Part shown: positions 34,553 through 44,804 of the stretch, piece by piece
How positions within the stretch are numbered: the stretch's first letter is position 1
How the letters are laid out: each line of letters begins with the position of its first letter
NCBI GenBank assembly: GCA_017546265.1
Contig: JAFYXG010000011.1
Location: forward strand, 221 to 64,220
From: Alphaproteobacteria bacterium
Lineage (GTDB): Bacteria; Pseudomonadota; Alphaproteobacteria; Rs-D84
Length of the DNA: 64,000 nucleotides
Direction: 5' to 3'
Notes under the pieces: model-generated
Databases searched by the model: none
What the model saw: the letters and a program-made list of their open reading frames with translations, nothing else
Told to the model about the DNA's origin: nothing
Translations under genes and position numbers: made by a program

Positions 34553-36958
34553 ATGAACATAGAACTTGGCAAAAATATAAATCCACGTGAAATTGAAACT
34601 AAAATCCAGGAATTCTGGGATAAAAATACATTTTGGAACAATGATGTGGCATCGGACAAACCTGCATTTTGCATAATGATGCCGCCGCCAAATGTGACGG
34701 GGTCTTTGCATATGGGGCACGCGATGAACAATGTTCTGACTGACATAGTGTGTCGCTATAAACGTATGTCAGGTTTTGATGTGTTGTGGCAGCCTGGAAC
34801 GGATCATGCGTCCATTGCGACTCAACTGCTGGTCGAGCGCGATTTGTCCAAACGTGGCATAAACCCACATGCTTTGTCATTACAGGAAAAGTTGGATTAT
34901 GCCTGGGCATGGAAGGCGGACAAGGGTGGTCAAATTATGAACCAGTTGCATATTCTTGGTGTGACGCCTGTATGGTCTCGGGAACGCTTTACCATGGACG
35001 AAGGGTTGTCCAGTGCGGTCACCAAACTGTTTGTAAAAATGTATAACGAAGGTTTAATTTATCGTGAAAAGCGTCTGGTGAACTGGTGTCCGAAACAACA
35101 GACGTCTGTATCGGATTTAGAGGTTGAAACCCGTGAAGAAAAGGGTAAGTTTTATTACTTTAATTACCCATTGGTTGACGGTGGTTTTGTTGAGATTGCG
35201 ACCACACGTCCTGAAACGTTATTTGGGGATCAGGCGATTGCTGTACATCCTGACAATGAAAAGTTAAAGCACTTGATTGGCAAACGTGCCATTATTCCGT
35301 TGACCGACATTGAAATTCCAATTGTTGGTGACGAACATGCCGACCCGGACAAGGGTACAGGTGCTGTTAAGATTACGCCTGCCCATGACTTTGACGACTG
35401 GGAGGTGGGGTTGCGTCACAACTTGACACCGGTTTGTATTCTGACTCCGGATGCAAAGTTGAATGACAACGCGGTTGTGCCTGAAAAATATCGCGGCATG
35501 GACAGATATGCGGCACGTGCGGCGGTGGTTGCTGATATTGAAACAGCGGGGCTGCTAGTAAAAGTTGAAGATAAAACAATTCCGACCCCGTACTCTGAAC
35601 GTGGTGGTGTTCCGGTTGAACCATACCTGACAGACCAGTGGTTTGTGGATGCGGAAAAATTGGCTGTGCCTGCGATTAAGGCGGTAGAGCAGGGTAAAAT
35701 CAAATTCATGCCTGAACATCGCTATAACTTGTTCATGGCCTGGATGAAAAATATTCGTCCCTGGACAATTTCGCGTCAGTTATGGTGGGGGCATCATATA
35801 CCGGCCTGGTACGATGCAGATGGTAATGTTTATGTTGCAGAAACGGAAAGCACGGCCGTTGAAATGTCTGGTGGAAAATCATTGACCCGCGACCCTGATG
35901 TTTTGGATACATGGTTTTCATCTGGATTGTGGCCATTTTCGACATTGGGTTGGCCAAATGACACATTGGAACTAAAGAAATATTACCCGACAGATTTGTT
36001 GTATACTGCGGCCGACATTATATTCTTCTGGGTTGCACGTATGGTTATGATGGGGATTTATGTAATGGGTGATGTGCCATTCCATACGGTAAATTTCCAC
36101 GGTCTGATTCGTGATCCCAAGGGGCAAAAGATGTCCAAGACCAAGGGGAACGGTACCGACCCACTGGATGCGGTTGAAAAGTTTGGTGTAGATGCTCTTC
36201 GTTATTGGATTGCGACTGCACCGATTGGAACAGATATTCGTTATTCTGATGACGAGGTAAAGCGTGGTTCTAAACTGCTGACGAAATTGTGGAACGCGTC
36301 CAAATATACACTGATGAATTTGTCTGATTTTGATCCAGAAACTGCGAAGCAGATTCCGGTATCTGACCGCTTTATCGAAGACAGATGGGTGTTGTCAGAA
36401 TTGAATAAAACGATTGCCGAAACGCGTAAACACTTGGATAAGTATGATAATTACAATTCACGTGCTGCGATAGATACCTTCTTCTGGGATATCTTCTGTG
36501 ACCAGTATCTGGAATTTATCAAAGACCGTTTCTGGGCACCTGAAAAATACAGTGCGGAATCCAAACTGTCGGCCCAGTGGACCTTGTTTACTGTATTGCG
36601 TGCGATAATTGGTCTGTATGCACCGTTTATTCCATTTCTGACCGAAGAACTGTGGCAGAAAATTTATCTGCCATACGAAGGTGGTAAAACATTGCACCTG
36701 ACGGCGTATCCAACGGTATTGTCTGAATATGACACGGATGTATCTACCATGAACGTTGCACTGGAATTGTTAAAGAATATTCGCGGTCTGCGTACCGAAC
36801 GCAAGGTTGGAAATGGTGCGAAATTGGAAATGCTGACAATCCCATCGGATACACCGGATATTCTGCATGGCTTGATTAAATCTGCTGCCCGTGCGAATGA
36901 AATTGAATTGGGGTCCGGGTTGGACTTTGTTGTTGCGGAACAAAAGATTGCGGGGTAA
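34553..36958 (+). CDS. valS: valine--tRNA ligase (short form without C-terminal coiled coil)
   Basis: HIGH-type motif PPPNVTGSLHMGHA and KMSKS motif KMSKTKGN. 801 aa. Confidence 0.95.
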   Translation: MNIELGKNINPREIETKIQEFWDKNTFWNNDVASDKPAFCIMMPPPNVTGSLHMGHAMNNVLTDIVCRYKRMSGFDVLWQPGTDHASIATQLLVERDLSKRGINPHALSLQEKLDYAWAWKADKGGQIMNQLHILGVTPVWSRERFTMDEGLSSAVTKLFVKMYNEGLIYREKRLVNWCPKQQTSVSDLEVETREEKGKFYYFNYPLVDGGFVEIATTRPETLFGDQAIAVHPDNEKLKHLIGKRAIIPLTDIEIPIVGDEHADPDKGTGAVKITPAHDFDDWEVGLRHNLTPVCILTPDAKLNDNAVVPEKYRGMDRYAARAAVVADIETAGLLVKVEDKTIPTPYSERGGVPVEPYLTDQWFVDAEKLAVPAIKAVEQGKIKFMPEHRYNLFMAWMKNIRPWTISRQLWWGHHIPAWYDADGNVYVAETESTAVEMSGGKSLTRDPDVLDTWFSSGLWPFSTLGWPNDTLELKKYYPTDLLYTAADIIFFWVARMVMMGIYVMGDVPFHTVNFHGLIRDPKGQKMSKTKGNGTDPLDAVEKFGVDALRYWIATAPIGTDIRYSDDEVKRGSKLLTKLWNASKYTLMNLSDFDPETAKQIPVSDRFIEDRWVLSELNKTIAETRKHLDKYDNYNSRAAIDTFFWDIFCDQYLEFIKDRFWAPEKYSAESKLSAQWTLFTVLRAIIGLYAPFIPFLTEELWQKIYLPYEGGKTLHLTAYPTVLSEYDTDVSTMNVALELLKNIRGLRTERKVGNGAKLEMLTIPSDTPDILHGLIKSAARANEIELGSGLDFVVAEQKIAG

Positions 36959-36962
36959 CGGC

Positions 36963-37691
36963 ATGGCGGACAAACTGGTTGAAAAACGTGTGCTTCAGGC
37001 ATATCAGTGTGACAGGTTCAGTAATGTTCGCCCGCTGATTTTGATGAATGAACTGCAGTCTATTGCTGACCGTCATGCCGAGATATTGGGATGTGGTCGC
37101 ACATATTGCATGGAACATAATATCGGCTGGGTTGTAATGTATTATCTGGTCGATATTATTGAATTGCCGACCGAGGGCGAAGAGCTAACATTTTCCACCT
37201 GGCCATCGTGTCAGGATGCATTGCGTGCTACGCGTGATTTTGAAATTCATGGTGCCGATGGTCGTTTAATGGTTCGTGCAACGTCCCAGTGGATTTTGAT
37301 AGACATGACGCATCGCCGTCCTTTGCCATTGGCGGCCCATTTGTCGCCAGATGTTGTTGTCCCAACACGTGCCTATGGTTGTGCGTTTGAAAAGTTTCCA
37401 GACTTTGACACGACCAAGACGCATGTTATGAAGTGTCGCTTTGATGACATCGATGTGAACCAGCATATAAACAACGCGGTCTATGCGGTTTGGGCAACGG
37501 AAAGTGTTGGTTATGCATATCGTTCGACCCATAAACTGAAAAAGATAGATATAAATTTCAAGAAAGAAATCAGTCCTGACACACCTGAAATCTGCATAGA
37601 CGTTGCGATTGACGGCAATACATCGCGTCACAAGATTCGCACCCACGACACAATCCATGCGATTGTCATATGCCAGTGGGAAAGTATATAA
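36963..37691 (+). CDS. acyl-ACP thioesterase family protein
   Basis: ORF 36891-37691 trimmed to ATG 36963 (MADKLVEKRV), which removes the overlap with valS. Double-hotdog-like blocks resemble FatA/B-type thioesterases. Confidence 0.75.
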   Translation: MADKLVEKRVLQAYQCDRFSNVRPLILMNELQSIADRHAEILGCGRTYCMEHNIGWVVMYYLVDIIELPTEGEELTFSTWPSCQDALRATRDFEIHGADGRLMVRATSQWILIDMTHRRPLPLAAHLSPDVVVPTRAYGCAFEKFPDFDTTKTHVMKCRFDDIDVNQHINNAVYAVWATESVGYAYRSTHKLKKIDINFKKEISPDTPEICIDVAIDGNTSRHKIRTHDTIHAIVICQWESI

Positions 37692-37717
37692 AAAAACCGC
37701 CGATTGGCGGTTTTTTT
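37691..37717. terminator. bidirectional terminator
   Basis: CCGCC-GATT-GGCGG hairpin flanked by A6 and T7 runs, between the thioesterase (+) and rpmH (-). Confidence 0.7.
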
Positions 37718-37719
37718 AA

Positions 37720-37872
37720 TTAGTTTGCTGCATTCACAGCTAGTCTTTTACGACCTGCTGCACGGCGGCGATTTAAAACATCGCGACCACCGGCGGTTGC
37801 CATGCGTGCACGGAATCCGTGTGTGCGAACGCGGCGTGTCTTAGAAGGCTGATATGTACGTTTTGTTGCCAT
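37720..37872 (-). CDS. rpmH: 50S ribosomal protein L34
   Basis: Not in the ORF track (50 aa). Hand translation: [50 protein letters not shown]. Confidence 0.9.
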   Translation of the reverse strand: MATKRTYQPSKTRRVRTHGFRARMATAGGRDVLNRRRAAGRKRLAVNAAN

Positions 37873-38120
37873 GACTTTAACCCTTGTTTTTTTTTATTTG
37901 TTTTCTCTTTTGTTTCCGTCCGTACCTGAGCAGCATCGTTTTGTACGACCAGAAAAAATCCGTTTGTGCGTATATTTAATCATACGTTTTTAAAAAACGC
38001 AACCTTTTTATTTAGAATTTACTAAACCCATTTTTTTCAGGCCTTCCATCATCAGATAGTATATGAACATTGCAACGAACAGTCTATAGAATGGCAAGAA
38101 CATCTTTGGTTGTCCTATTT

Positions 38121-38306
38121 TTATTTCTGTTTATTTTTCAAACCCTGTGCAATTTTTTCGATTGTGCTTACAAATTGCATGATTTTTTTAATATTCCAGT
38201 TTTGGCATGAATACATCATCTGATTAGTTTTCGGCAGATTTGTTCTGTTCATCAGGTTATGAGTATAATCGTATGCCTCGTCCAGTGCGTTTTTCAGGAT
38301 TTTCAT
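38121..38306 (-). CDS. small hypothetical protein (61 aa), doubtful
   Basis: The only ORF in the AT-rich rpmH-gyrA gap. A possible 31-aa hydrophobic ORF follows it at 38008-38103 (-). No homology recognised. Confidence 0.2.
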   Translation of the reverse strand: MKILKNALDEAYDYTHNLMNRTNLPKTNQMMYSCQNWNIKKIMQFVSTIEKIAQGLKNKQK

Positions 38307-38450
38307 TTTATATCTTTTGTTTTTTTCTTGTTATGAGGCCATGGTATCACAAAAGTTTGATTTGTCAACGTATTTTTTTGGCATTATTTCTTGACCAAAA
38401 GCCCAAAAATCTGCTATATTTTTTATGTTAGAAACCCAGGGAAAGGTATT

Positions 38451-41183
38451 ATGTCAGAAAATATAAATGAAGTAAACGAAGTGCGTGTTCCTCAGTCGTC
38501 ATTGGAACACGAAATGCGGACCAGTTTTTTGGACTATGCGATGTCGGTTATTGTTGATCGTGCGTTGCCGGATGTTCGTGATGGTTGTAAACCTGTACAC
38601 CGCAGAATTCTGTATGTTATGAACGAAGTTGCACCTGCGACCAAGCCTACTGTTAAATCTGCACGTATTGTTGGTGATGTGATGGGTAAATACCATCCGC
38701 ATGGAGACAGTTCTATTTACGAAGCGATGGTTCGTATGGGCCAGGATTTTTCTATGGGTGAAATGTTGGTTCAGGGCCAGGGTAATTTTGGTTCGCGTGA
38801 CGGGGACAAAGCGGCGGCCATGCGTTATACCGAGGCACGCCTGTCAAAACTGGGGGCAACCCTGATGGACGATATGGACAAAGACACGGTTGACTGGATG
38901 CCGAACTTTGACGGCAGTTTACAGGAGCCGGTTGTATTACCGACCAAATTTCCAAATTTTCTTGTAAACGGTGGTTCTGGAATTGCGGTTGGTATGGCGA
39001 CAAATGTTCCGACATACAACCTGGGCGAGGTTTGCAATGGCATCCTTGCCATATTGGATAATCGTGAATTGTCAGATGATGAATTGTTTACGATAATACC
39101 TGGGCCTGATTTTCCAACGGGTGCGATGATAATGGGGCATGCCGGTGCGTACAAGGCACACACAACGGGGCGTGGTTCTATTATTATCCGTTCCAAAACG
39201 CATATCGAAGATTTCCGTGACCACCAGGCAATAATTGTAGACGAAATTCCCTATCAGGTGAACAAGGCACAAATGATTATCAAAATCGCCGAACTGATTA
39301 AGGATAAACGTATCGAAGGTATATCTGAAATTCGTGATGAATCATCCAAGGAGGGTTTGCGTATAGTTATCGAACTGAAACGCGATGCGATTGCGGATGT
39401 GGTACTGAATCACTTGTTCCAATATACAGAAATGCAGACCAGTTTTCCTGTCAACATGATGGCATTAAATCGTGGTCGTCCGATGTTGTTCAATGTGCGT
39501 GGTGTTTTGGATGCTTTTATCGAGTTCCGTGCCGAGGTTATACGCCGCCGTACCATATTTGATTTAAATCGTGCCCGTAATCGTGCACATACTTTGCTGG
39601 GGCTGTCGGTTGCGGTTGGTAATCTGGACGAGGTCATCGAACTTATTAAATCCAGCCCAAATCCCGAGGCTGCTCGCGAAGCATTGGTTTCTCGTGGTTG
39701 GCGTGCATCTGATATTGAATCTTATATCCAGTTGATTGACGATCCGAACACTGAATATACCGATGGCATGTTCTATATGTCCGAAGATCAGGCACGTGCA
39801 ATTTTAGAATTGCAATTACATCGTCTGACTGGGTTAGAACGCGATAAAATTCATAATGATTTGACTGCATTGGGTGCAACGATTCGTGATTTGTTGGAAA
39901 TCTTGGGCAGTTATGAACGCATTATCGATATTATTCGCGAAGAAACGACAATGGTTCGTGATAATTGGGCATCGCCCCGCAGAACGGAAATTTCTGATGC
40001 AGAAATTGACATTGATATCGAAGATTTAATTGCTCGAGAAGACATGGTTGTAACTGTGTCGAATACAGGCTATATCAAACGTGTTGCACTGGATACGTAT
40101 CGTGCTCAGAAACGCGGCGGCAAGGGACGTAACGCCATGACGACCAAGGATGATGACTATGTTGTCCAGGTCTTTGTTGCGAACACGCATACGCCATTGC
40201 TGTTCTTTAGTTCACGTGGTTTGTGTTATAAATTAAAAACCTATAAATTACCCGAAGCGGCTGCTGCGGCCAAGGGGCGTCCATTGGTAAATCTGTTGCC
40301 GTTGGATCAGGGTGAAACGATTACGGCCATTTTACCTGTCCCCGAAGAAGACGCAGCACGTGTTGCGGAATCTGGGGTTGAGCATTTCTTGATGTTTGCA
40401 ACGGCATCTGGTACGGTCCGCCGCAATCGTATGTCGGACTTTGATTCTATTCGTGCCAACGGCAAGATTGCAATGAAACTGGACGAAGGTGACAGTTTGA
40501 TTTCTGTTTTGCCATGTACCGAGGATCAAGACGTCTTCTTATCCACATATCGTGGCCGTAGCATACGATTCCCTGTGCCCGAGATTCGTGTATTTGCTGG
40601 ACGTAATTCAACTGGTGTTCGCGGAATCACATTGGGGGCGGATGACAAGATAATTGGCATGGCGATGTTGAATCGAGGCGAATCTGATTCAGCGGTACGT
40701 GCTGCATATATTAAACAGTCTCGTGCGGCCCGCCGTGCGGCAACTGGTATAGAAGAAGAGGCTTCTGCAGACGAAGAAGAAACGACACTGGTTCTGGATG
40801 CGGCCAAGATGGCAGAAATGGCATCTCGTGAAGAGTTTATCTTGACTGTTTCTGAAAATGGTTTTGGGAAACGTACCAGTTCTTATGAATACCGTCTGAC
40901 GCATCGTGGTGGTGGCGGCTTTACCAACATTAAACTGGGGGGCAAGAACACAGCGGTTGCTGGTTCGTTCCCTGTTGCCGATGACCAGGATATAATCATG
41001 GTCACAGACGGGGGCAAGATTATTCGCACACCTGTATCTGATGTACGTATTGCTGGTCGTTCTACTGCTGGCGTGACATTATTCCGTACGGCGGACAATG
41101 AACGTGTTGTGTCTGCGATTGCAATCGAAGGTGCTGGCGAAGAAGAGCAAACTGAAACATCAACCGAAGTTGTTGTGGAATAA
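38451..41183 (+). CDS. gyrA: DNA gyrase subunit A
   Basis: ORF trimmed to ATG 38451. Motifs [25 protein letters not shown] and the catalytic Tyr block [10 protein letters not shown], plus C-terminal beta-pinwheel repeats. Confidence 0.95.
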   Translation: MSENINEVNEVRVPQSSLEHEMRTSFLDYAMSVIVDRALPDVRDGCKPVHRRILYVMNEVAPATKPTVKSARIVGDVMGKYHPHGDSSIYEAMVRMGQDFSMGEMLVQGQGNFGSRDGDKAAAMRYTEARLSKLGATLMDDMDKDTVDWMPNFDGSLQEPVVLPTKFPNFLVNGGSGIAVGMATNVPTYNLGEVCNGILAILDNRELSDDELFTIIPGPDFPTGAMIMGHAGAYKAHTTGRGSIIIRSKTHIEDFRDHQAIIVDEIPYQVNKAQMIIKIAELIKDKRIEGISEIRDESSKEGLRIVIELKRDAIADVVLNHLFQYTEMQTSFPVNMMALNRGRPMLFNVRGVLDAFIEFRAEVIRRRTIFDLNRARNRAHTLLGLSVAVGNLDEVIELIKSSPNPEAAREALVSRGWRASDIESYIQLIDDPNTEYTDGMFYMSEDQARAILELQLHRLTGLERDKIHNDLTALGATIRDLLEILGSYERIIDIIREETTMVRDNWASPRRTEISDAEIDIDIEDLIAREDMVVTVSNTGYIKRVALDTYRAQKRGGKGRNAMTTKDDDYVVQVFVANTHTPLLFFSSRGLCYKLKTYKLPEAAAAAKGRPLVNLLPLDQGETITAILPVPEEDAARVAESGVEHFLMFATASGTVRRNRMSDFDSIRANGKIAMKLDEGDSLISVLPCTEDQDVFLSTYRGRSIRFPVPEIRVFAGRNSTGVRGITLGADDKIIGMAMLNRGESDSAVRAAYIKQSRAARRAATGIEEEASADEEETTLVLDAAKMAEMASREEFILTVSENGFGKRTSSYEYRLTHRGGGGFTNIKLGGKNTAVAGSFPVADDQDIIMVTDGGKIIRTPVSDVRIAGRSTAGVTLFRTADNERVVSAIAIEGAGEEEQTETSTEVVVE

Positions 41184-41198
41184 TACAGGATGGCTGGC

Positions 41199-41576
41199 AT
41201 GGAAAATACAAATGAATATTTTGCGTCAATAAACGATGTTTCAAAGCGTTTGAACGTGCCGGCCCATACCTTGCGTTATTGGGAGCGGCAATTCCCGGTC
41301 GCCATACGTCCAACAACTGGTGCGGGTGGTCGCCGTTATTATCGCACGGAAACGGTTGCGAAATTATTTGTTATTCGTGATTTGTTGTACAAACACGGGT
41401 TGACAATTGCGGGTGTGAAAAAATTATTGCGAGATGGGAATTTACCGACATCAGCGGACGAGTTATTATCGTCTGTACCCGTCTCGGCCGAAGTTCCATC
41501 GATAAAAAATGTTGATACATCTGATTTAGATTTGGCAATCAGTTTGCTGGAAAATGCCAAGAATATTTTGCAATAA
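41199..41576 (+). CDS. MerR-family transcriptional regulator
   Basis: HTH block INDVSKRLNVPAHTLRYWE. ATG 41199 has AGGA 7 nt upstream. ATG 41190 is the alternative start. Confidence 0.8.
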   Translation: MENTNEYFASINDVSKRLNVPAHTLRYWERQFPVAIRPTTGAGGRRYYRTETVAKLFVIRDLLYKHGLTIAGVKKLLRDGNLPTSADELLSSVPVSAEVPSIKNVDTSDLDLAISLLENAKNILQ

Positions 41577-41577
41577 A

Positions 41578-41603
41578 GAAAACCGCCAAACGGCGGTTTT
41601 TTT
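41578..41603. terminator. bidirectional terminator
   Basis: CCGCC-AAAC-GGCGG hairpin followed by a T7 run. Confidence 0.65.
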
Positions 41604-42180
41604 AACGTTTATTTTGCAGTTTTTGCAATCTTTCTTGATGTATTTTTATTCGATGGTTGTGGAAATCTGTACGTGATTTATACAGATTTTCTTTATATCT
41701 GGTTTTCAGTGACATACGACTGACCGAGTCCACCGCCATGCTGTCGCGTTTTAATTGTTCGATGCGATTATTTGCCTGTCGCAAATTTTCTGATGCTTTG
41801 TTGTATGCCTGATTTTTGCTGATGTATTCATCCTGCAGTGCCTCAGCCAATATTTCCATATCTTTGGACAGTTTGTTGTACTTTTCCAGCATGTTCGCAG
41901 TTACATATCCATTGTTCATTTTTTCATACAGCTTATTTTGTTCGTCCATCATCTTTAGATAGGTTGGGTCCAACAACAAAGTATCTTTGCTGTTCAGGAT
42001 TGCACGTCTTTGTGTAGTTTCATAGTCACCTTCGGCCTTAAACAGCATGCATTTTGCAACGTCCATATCACCAGTATCAAAGTTTGGTGTGTCATAGTTC
42101 AGGATGTATGTGACATGTGCAAACGCAACCAATGATGCTGTTGCTAATGTTGCTAATGCTGTGTTCTGTATCTTTTTCAT
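41602..42180 (-). CDS. hypothetical secreted coiled-coil protein (192 aa)
   Basis: Signal-like N-terminus MKKIQNTALATLATASLVAFA. The rest is charged and helical. Confidence 0.55.
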   Translation of the reverse strand: MKKIQNTALATLATASLVAFAHVTYILNYDTPNFDTGDMDVAKCMLFKAEGDYETTQRRAILNSKDTLLLDPTYLKMMDEQNKLYEKMNNGYVTANMLEKYNKLSKDMEILAEALQDEYISKNQAYNKASENLRQANNRIEQLKRDSMAVDSVSRMSLKTRYKENLYKSRTDFHNHRIKIHQERLQKLQNKR

Positions 42181-42260
42181 GACGTCCTCCTTTTAGGTTA
42201 TACGCTCACTTACACAGCATAATATAGTACAAAAAAACACGTTGTCAAGGGTGAAAAAGA

Positions 42261-42860
42261 TTATCTACACTTTTTGTTGGCCAGGCTGTCATTTTGCATT
42301 TTCAGCAATTCTATTTGCTGGTTCAGTATGGTTATTTGTGCGTTTGCCGTGCTGTCAAAGTGGTTTTGTATACTGGTATTCAGTTTTTCTAGACGATTTT
42401 TTTTCTTGTTAAACTCTTCAATTTCTTTTTCGTTCATATAGATTTGCCAGTAGGCATTTTTCACCACAGGGATATGATAAAATTGGTGGAACATTTTTTT
42501 ATTTCTACGAATTTTTGCATTTGGTGCCTCGTGTCGTGCGGCAATAAAAGCATCATCTGTCAGGACCCGATTTTTGTATTTTAAATCGTCAATTTTGCGT
42601 TGATTTTGTTTAACAAAGTGATAATCCTTATGCTTTTGTAATGAATCCAGCACCAACAGTGGTACGATATTTTTTATGCTGTCAACAGATCTGTGTGCGG
42701 CGGCGATTTGCTGTTCGTTTTTTGTTAATTTTTCTTGTCTTTGTTTTTCTTTATCGCCGCATTTTACAATCAGTGTTGTGATTCCTGCCATCAGACCAAA
42801 AAATACCACTACCTCGATTAAACCATTTAAAGCCTGCTTAGCTGTTTCGTTGTCTTTCAT
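42261..42860 (-). CDS. hypothetical membrane-anchored coiled-coil protein (199 aa)
   Basis: One N-terminal TM segment (LIEVVVFFGLMAGITTLIV), then a K/Q/E-rich helical region. Confidence 0.55.
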   Translation of the reverse strand: MKDNETAKQALNGLIEVVVFFGLMAGITTLIVKCGDKEKQRQEKLTKNEQQIAAAHRSVDSIKNIVPLLVLDSLQKHKDYHFVKQNQRKIDDLKYKNRVLTDDAFIAARHEAPNAKIRRNKKMFHQFYHIPVVKNAYWQIYMNEKEIEEFNKKKNRLEKLNTSIQNHFDSTANAQITILNQQIELLKMQNDSLANKKCR

Positions 42861-42894
42861 AGTTTTGTACCCTTATAATAAATTATTTCAAGCC

Positions 42895-42969
42895 TGGCAC
42901 CCCCAACGGGAATCGAACCCGTGTTGCCAGAATGAGAATCTGATGTCCTAACCGCTAGACGATGGGGGC
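42895..42969 (-). tRNA. tRNA-Glu (anticodon CUC), CCA encoded
   Basis: Hand-folded cloverleaf: GCCCCCA/TC/GTCT-AGCGGTTA-GGAC/A/TCAGA-TTCTCAT-TCTGG/CAAC/ACGGG-TTCGATT-CCCGT/TGGGGGT/G/CCA. The 1-72 pair is G-U. Confidence 0.85.
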
Positions 42970-43073
42970 ATATTTTATCATTTGCGTTCTATATGATATA
43001 CAAAAAGTTATATTTTTCAAATGAAACTTTTCCCTTGCAGCAAATTTTTTTATGCCCTAGGATAATTATCATT

Positions 43074-43796
43074 ATGGCAGGCTCAATACGCAGATTTTTT
43101 ACAAACATAATTTGTGGATTTATTTATAATCGTGACACTCGGCGGCGTGTTCGTGTTGTGCTGAATTCGTCTATGGTGGATTCGTTACGTTTTATTCGTA
43201 AAAATTTGGGGCGACCGATACGCAAAATAAAAACATTTGTTGGTTATCAGGCACGAAACCTTCTTATCAGTGTAAATGATGAGTATATTTATAAATTTCC
43301 GCTTCGCCGTTCTAATTCTCGTGAGTTGACGTTGCGAGAATCGCGTATAGTATCGGCATTGGCACCATTGTCGCCTATATACGTTCCGCCGGTTGAAGTG
43401 TTTTCTCATCGTGGTGTATTGGTTCGCAGATACGAATTTATACGCGGTACTGGTCTGCGTCAAATGCCGGTTGAAGTTGCACTTGCGAACCTGGAAACAT
43501 TATCGAAACAGATTGCACGTTTTATGTATGAAATTGGTTGTTCGGACCCGGAATCTATTCGTGATTTAAAGCCTGATGCGAATATGAAACCCGGATACAT
43601 GCATGGCTGGTCCCAGGGGGATATATGTGATAATTTTATTGTTGATATGAACACGATGCAGGTTATTGCATTTATTGACTGGGAAGATTCTGCGTTCGGT
43701 GATTTTTCACGGATATTCAGCGGTGACCGTGCCAGTCCGCATCGTGAGTTAATGTCTGCGGTTAAACGTGAATACGATAGATTATACTTTGGTTGA
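43074..43796 (+). CDS. aminoglycoside-phosphotransferase-like (APH/kinase-fold) protein
   Basis: ORF trimmed to ATG 43074. Catalytic-loop-like block HGWSQGDICDNFIV and the block IAFIDWEDSAFGD. Confidence 0.65.
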   Translation: MAGSIRRFFTNIICGFIYNRDTRRRVRVVLNSSMVDSLRFIRKNLGRPIRKIKTFVGYQARNLLISVNDEYIYKFPLRRSNSRELTLRESRIVSALAPLSPIYVPPVEVFSHRGVLVRRYEFIRGTGLRQMPVEVALANLETLSKQIARFMYEIGCSDPESIRDLKPDANMKPGYMHGWSQGDICDNFIVDMNTMQVIAFIDWEDSAFGDFSRIFSGDRASPHRELMSAVKREYDRLYFG

Positions 43797-43850
43797 TAAA
43801 TATATTTTTATTAGGTATTTTGTTGCAAGTATGATATAATACTCTTCGTT

Positions 43851-44804
43851 ATGAAGCGTTGGATTGTCTCTTGTTTACTTGGCATATTGTGCCCATGCGT
43901 ATCGTTTGCGGATTCTGATATTCTGCAACGTGCCAATGATTTATATGATGCTACACGTGCGGTGTGTATGGGGATATCGGACGAAATTGCCCGTGTTGGG
44001 AATATTTCTCGTGTCAATACGATGGTGACGGCGGCTGGCACGGTTGCGTCTGGTGGTGCACTGGTTGTTGGTATTGAAAAAAACAAACAGGATGAACGTG
44101 TAAATCAACTGGTTGATCAGATATGCTCTGCGGGTGGTTGTGATGAGGACGGTGTATCTGCCATGTCTGATGCGGATTTTTTTGCATTTGTTTTAGGGCC
44201 TATGTCTCGTATGGCAGAACTGCAGCAGGAATTAGATCGTTCTGAAAAGCTTGGAAATTGGCGTACTGCGTTAACTGCCGGGGCACTTGGGACAAATATT
44301 GCATCGGCTGTATTGTCTGGTGTGAACCGCGACCAATCAGATTTGGTTCAGCATATTCAGGCATGTAACAATATGGTTCAAAAAGTATCTGAACTGGTGA
44401 TACAGATAAAGTCATCTGGCATAAATCCATATGAAAATCCGATTGTAAAAAAACTGGACGATGTTCAGACATGGTGTGGTCGTCTTAATGTGTCTGACAT
44501 AGAAAAAATAGAAAACAGAATCAAGGGGGTATTGGGTACGTCTGTTACAGGTGCGGCGATTGGTGTTGCGGGTGTTGCGACCAGTGCTGCTGCGAATTCT
44601 GATAAATATACAGATGCTACTCTCAGGACTTCGTTATCCCAGACTGAACAAAACCAGGGGCGTGCATTAAATATTGCAGCCAATGTTATGGCGGGGGCGG
44701 GGACTGCGACAGGTATTGCGGGTACAGGTTTGAACATATCCTTGATAACATTAACAAACAAACTGATTGCCCAATCCGACCAGTGTGAAGGGGTGTTAAA
44801 ATGA
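43851..44804 (+). CDS. secreted Gly/Ala-rich protein, module A1 (317 aa), function unknown
   Basis: Signal peptide and four Gly/Ala/Thr-rich weakly hydrophobic segments. Blocks KLGNWRT and C-terminal QCEGVLK. Paralog of 54489-55427. Extended -10 TGATATAAT at 43832-43840. Confidence 0.8.
   Translation: MKRWIVSCLLGILCPCVSFADSDILQRANDLYDATRAVCMGISDEIARVGNISRVNTMVTAAGTVASGGALVVGIEKNKQDERVNQLVDQICSAGGCDEDGVSAMSDADFFAFVLGPMSRMAELQQELDRSEKLGNWRTALTAGALGTNIASAVLSGVNRDQSDLVQHIQACNNMVQKVSELVIQIKSSGINPYENPIVKKLDDVQTWCGRLNVSDIEKIENRIKGVLGTSVTGAAIGVAGVATSAAANSDKYTDATLRTSLSQTEQNQGRALNIAANVMAGAGTATGIAGTGLNISLITLTNKLIAQSDQCEGVLK

Noticed and set aside
34363-34746. 127-aa minus-strand ORF overlapping the valS start
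   Set aside because: It overlaps both valS and the 164-aa gene at 33915-34409. It has no supporting signals.
37873-38450. Possible replication origin in the AT-rich rpmH-gyrA gap
   Set aside because: I could not find DnaA-box-like 9-mers (TTATCCACA and close variants) or clustered repeats by eye. AT-richness alone is not sufficient.
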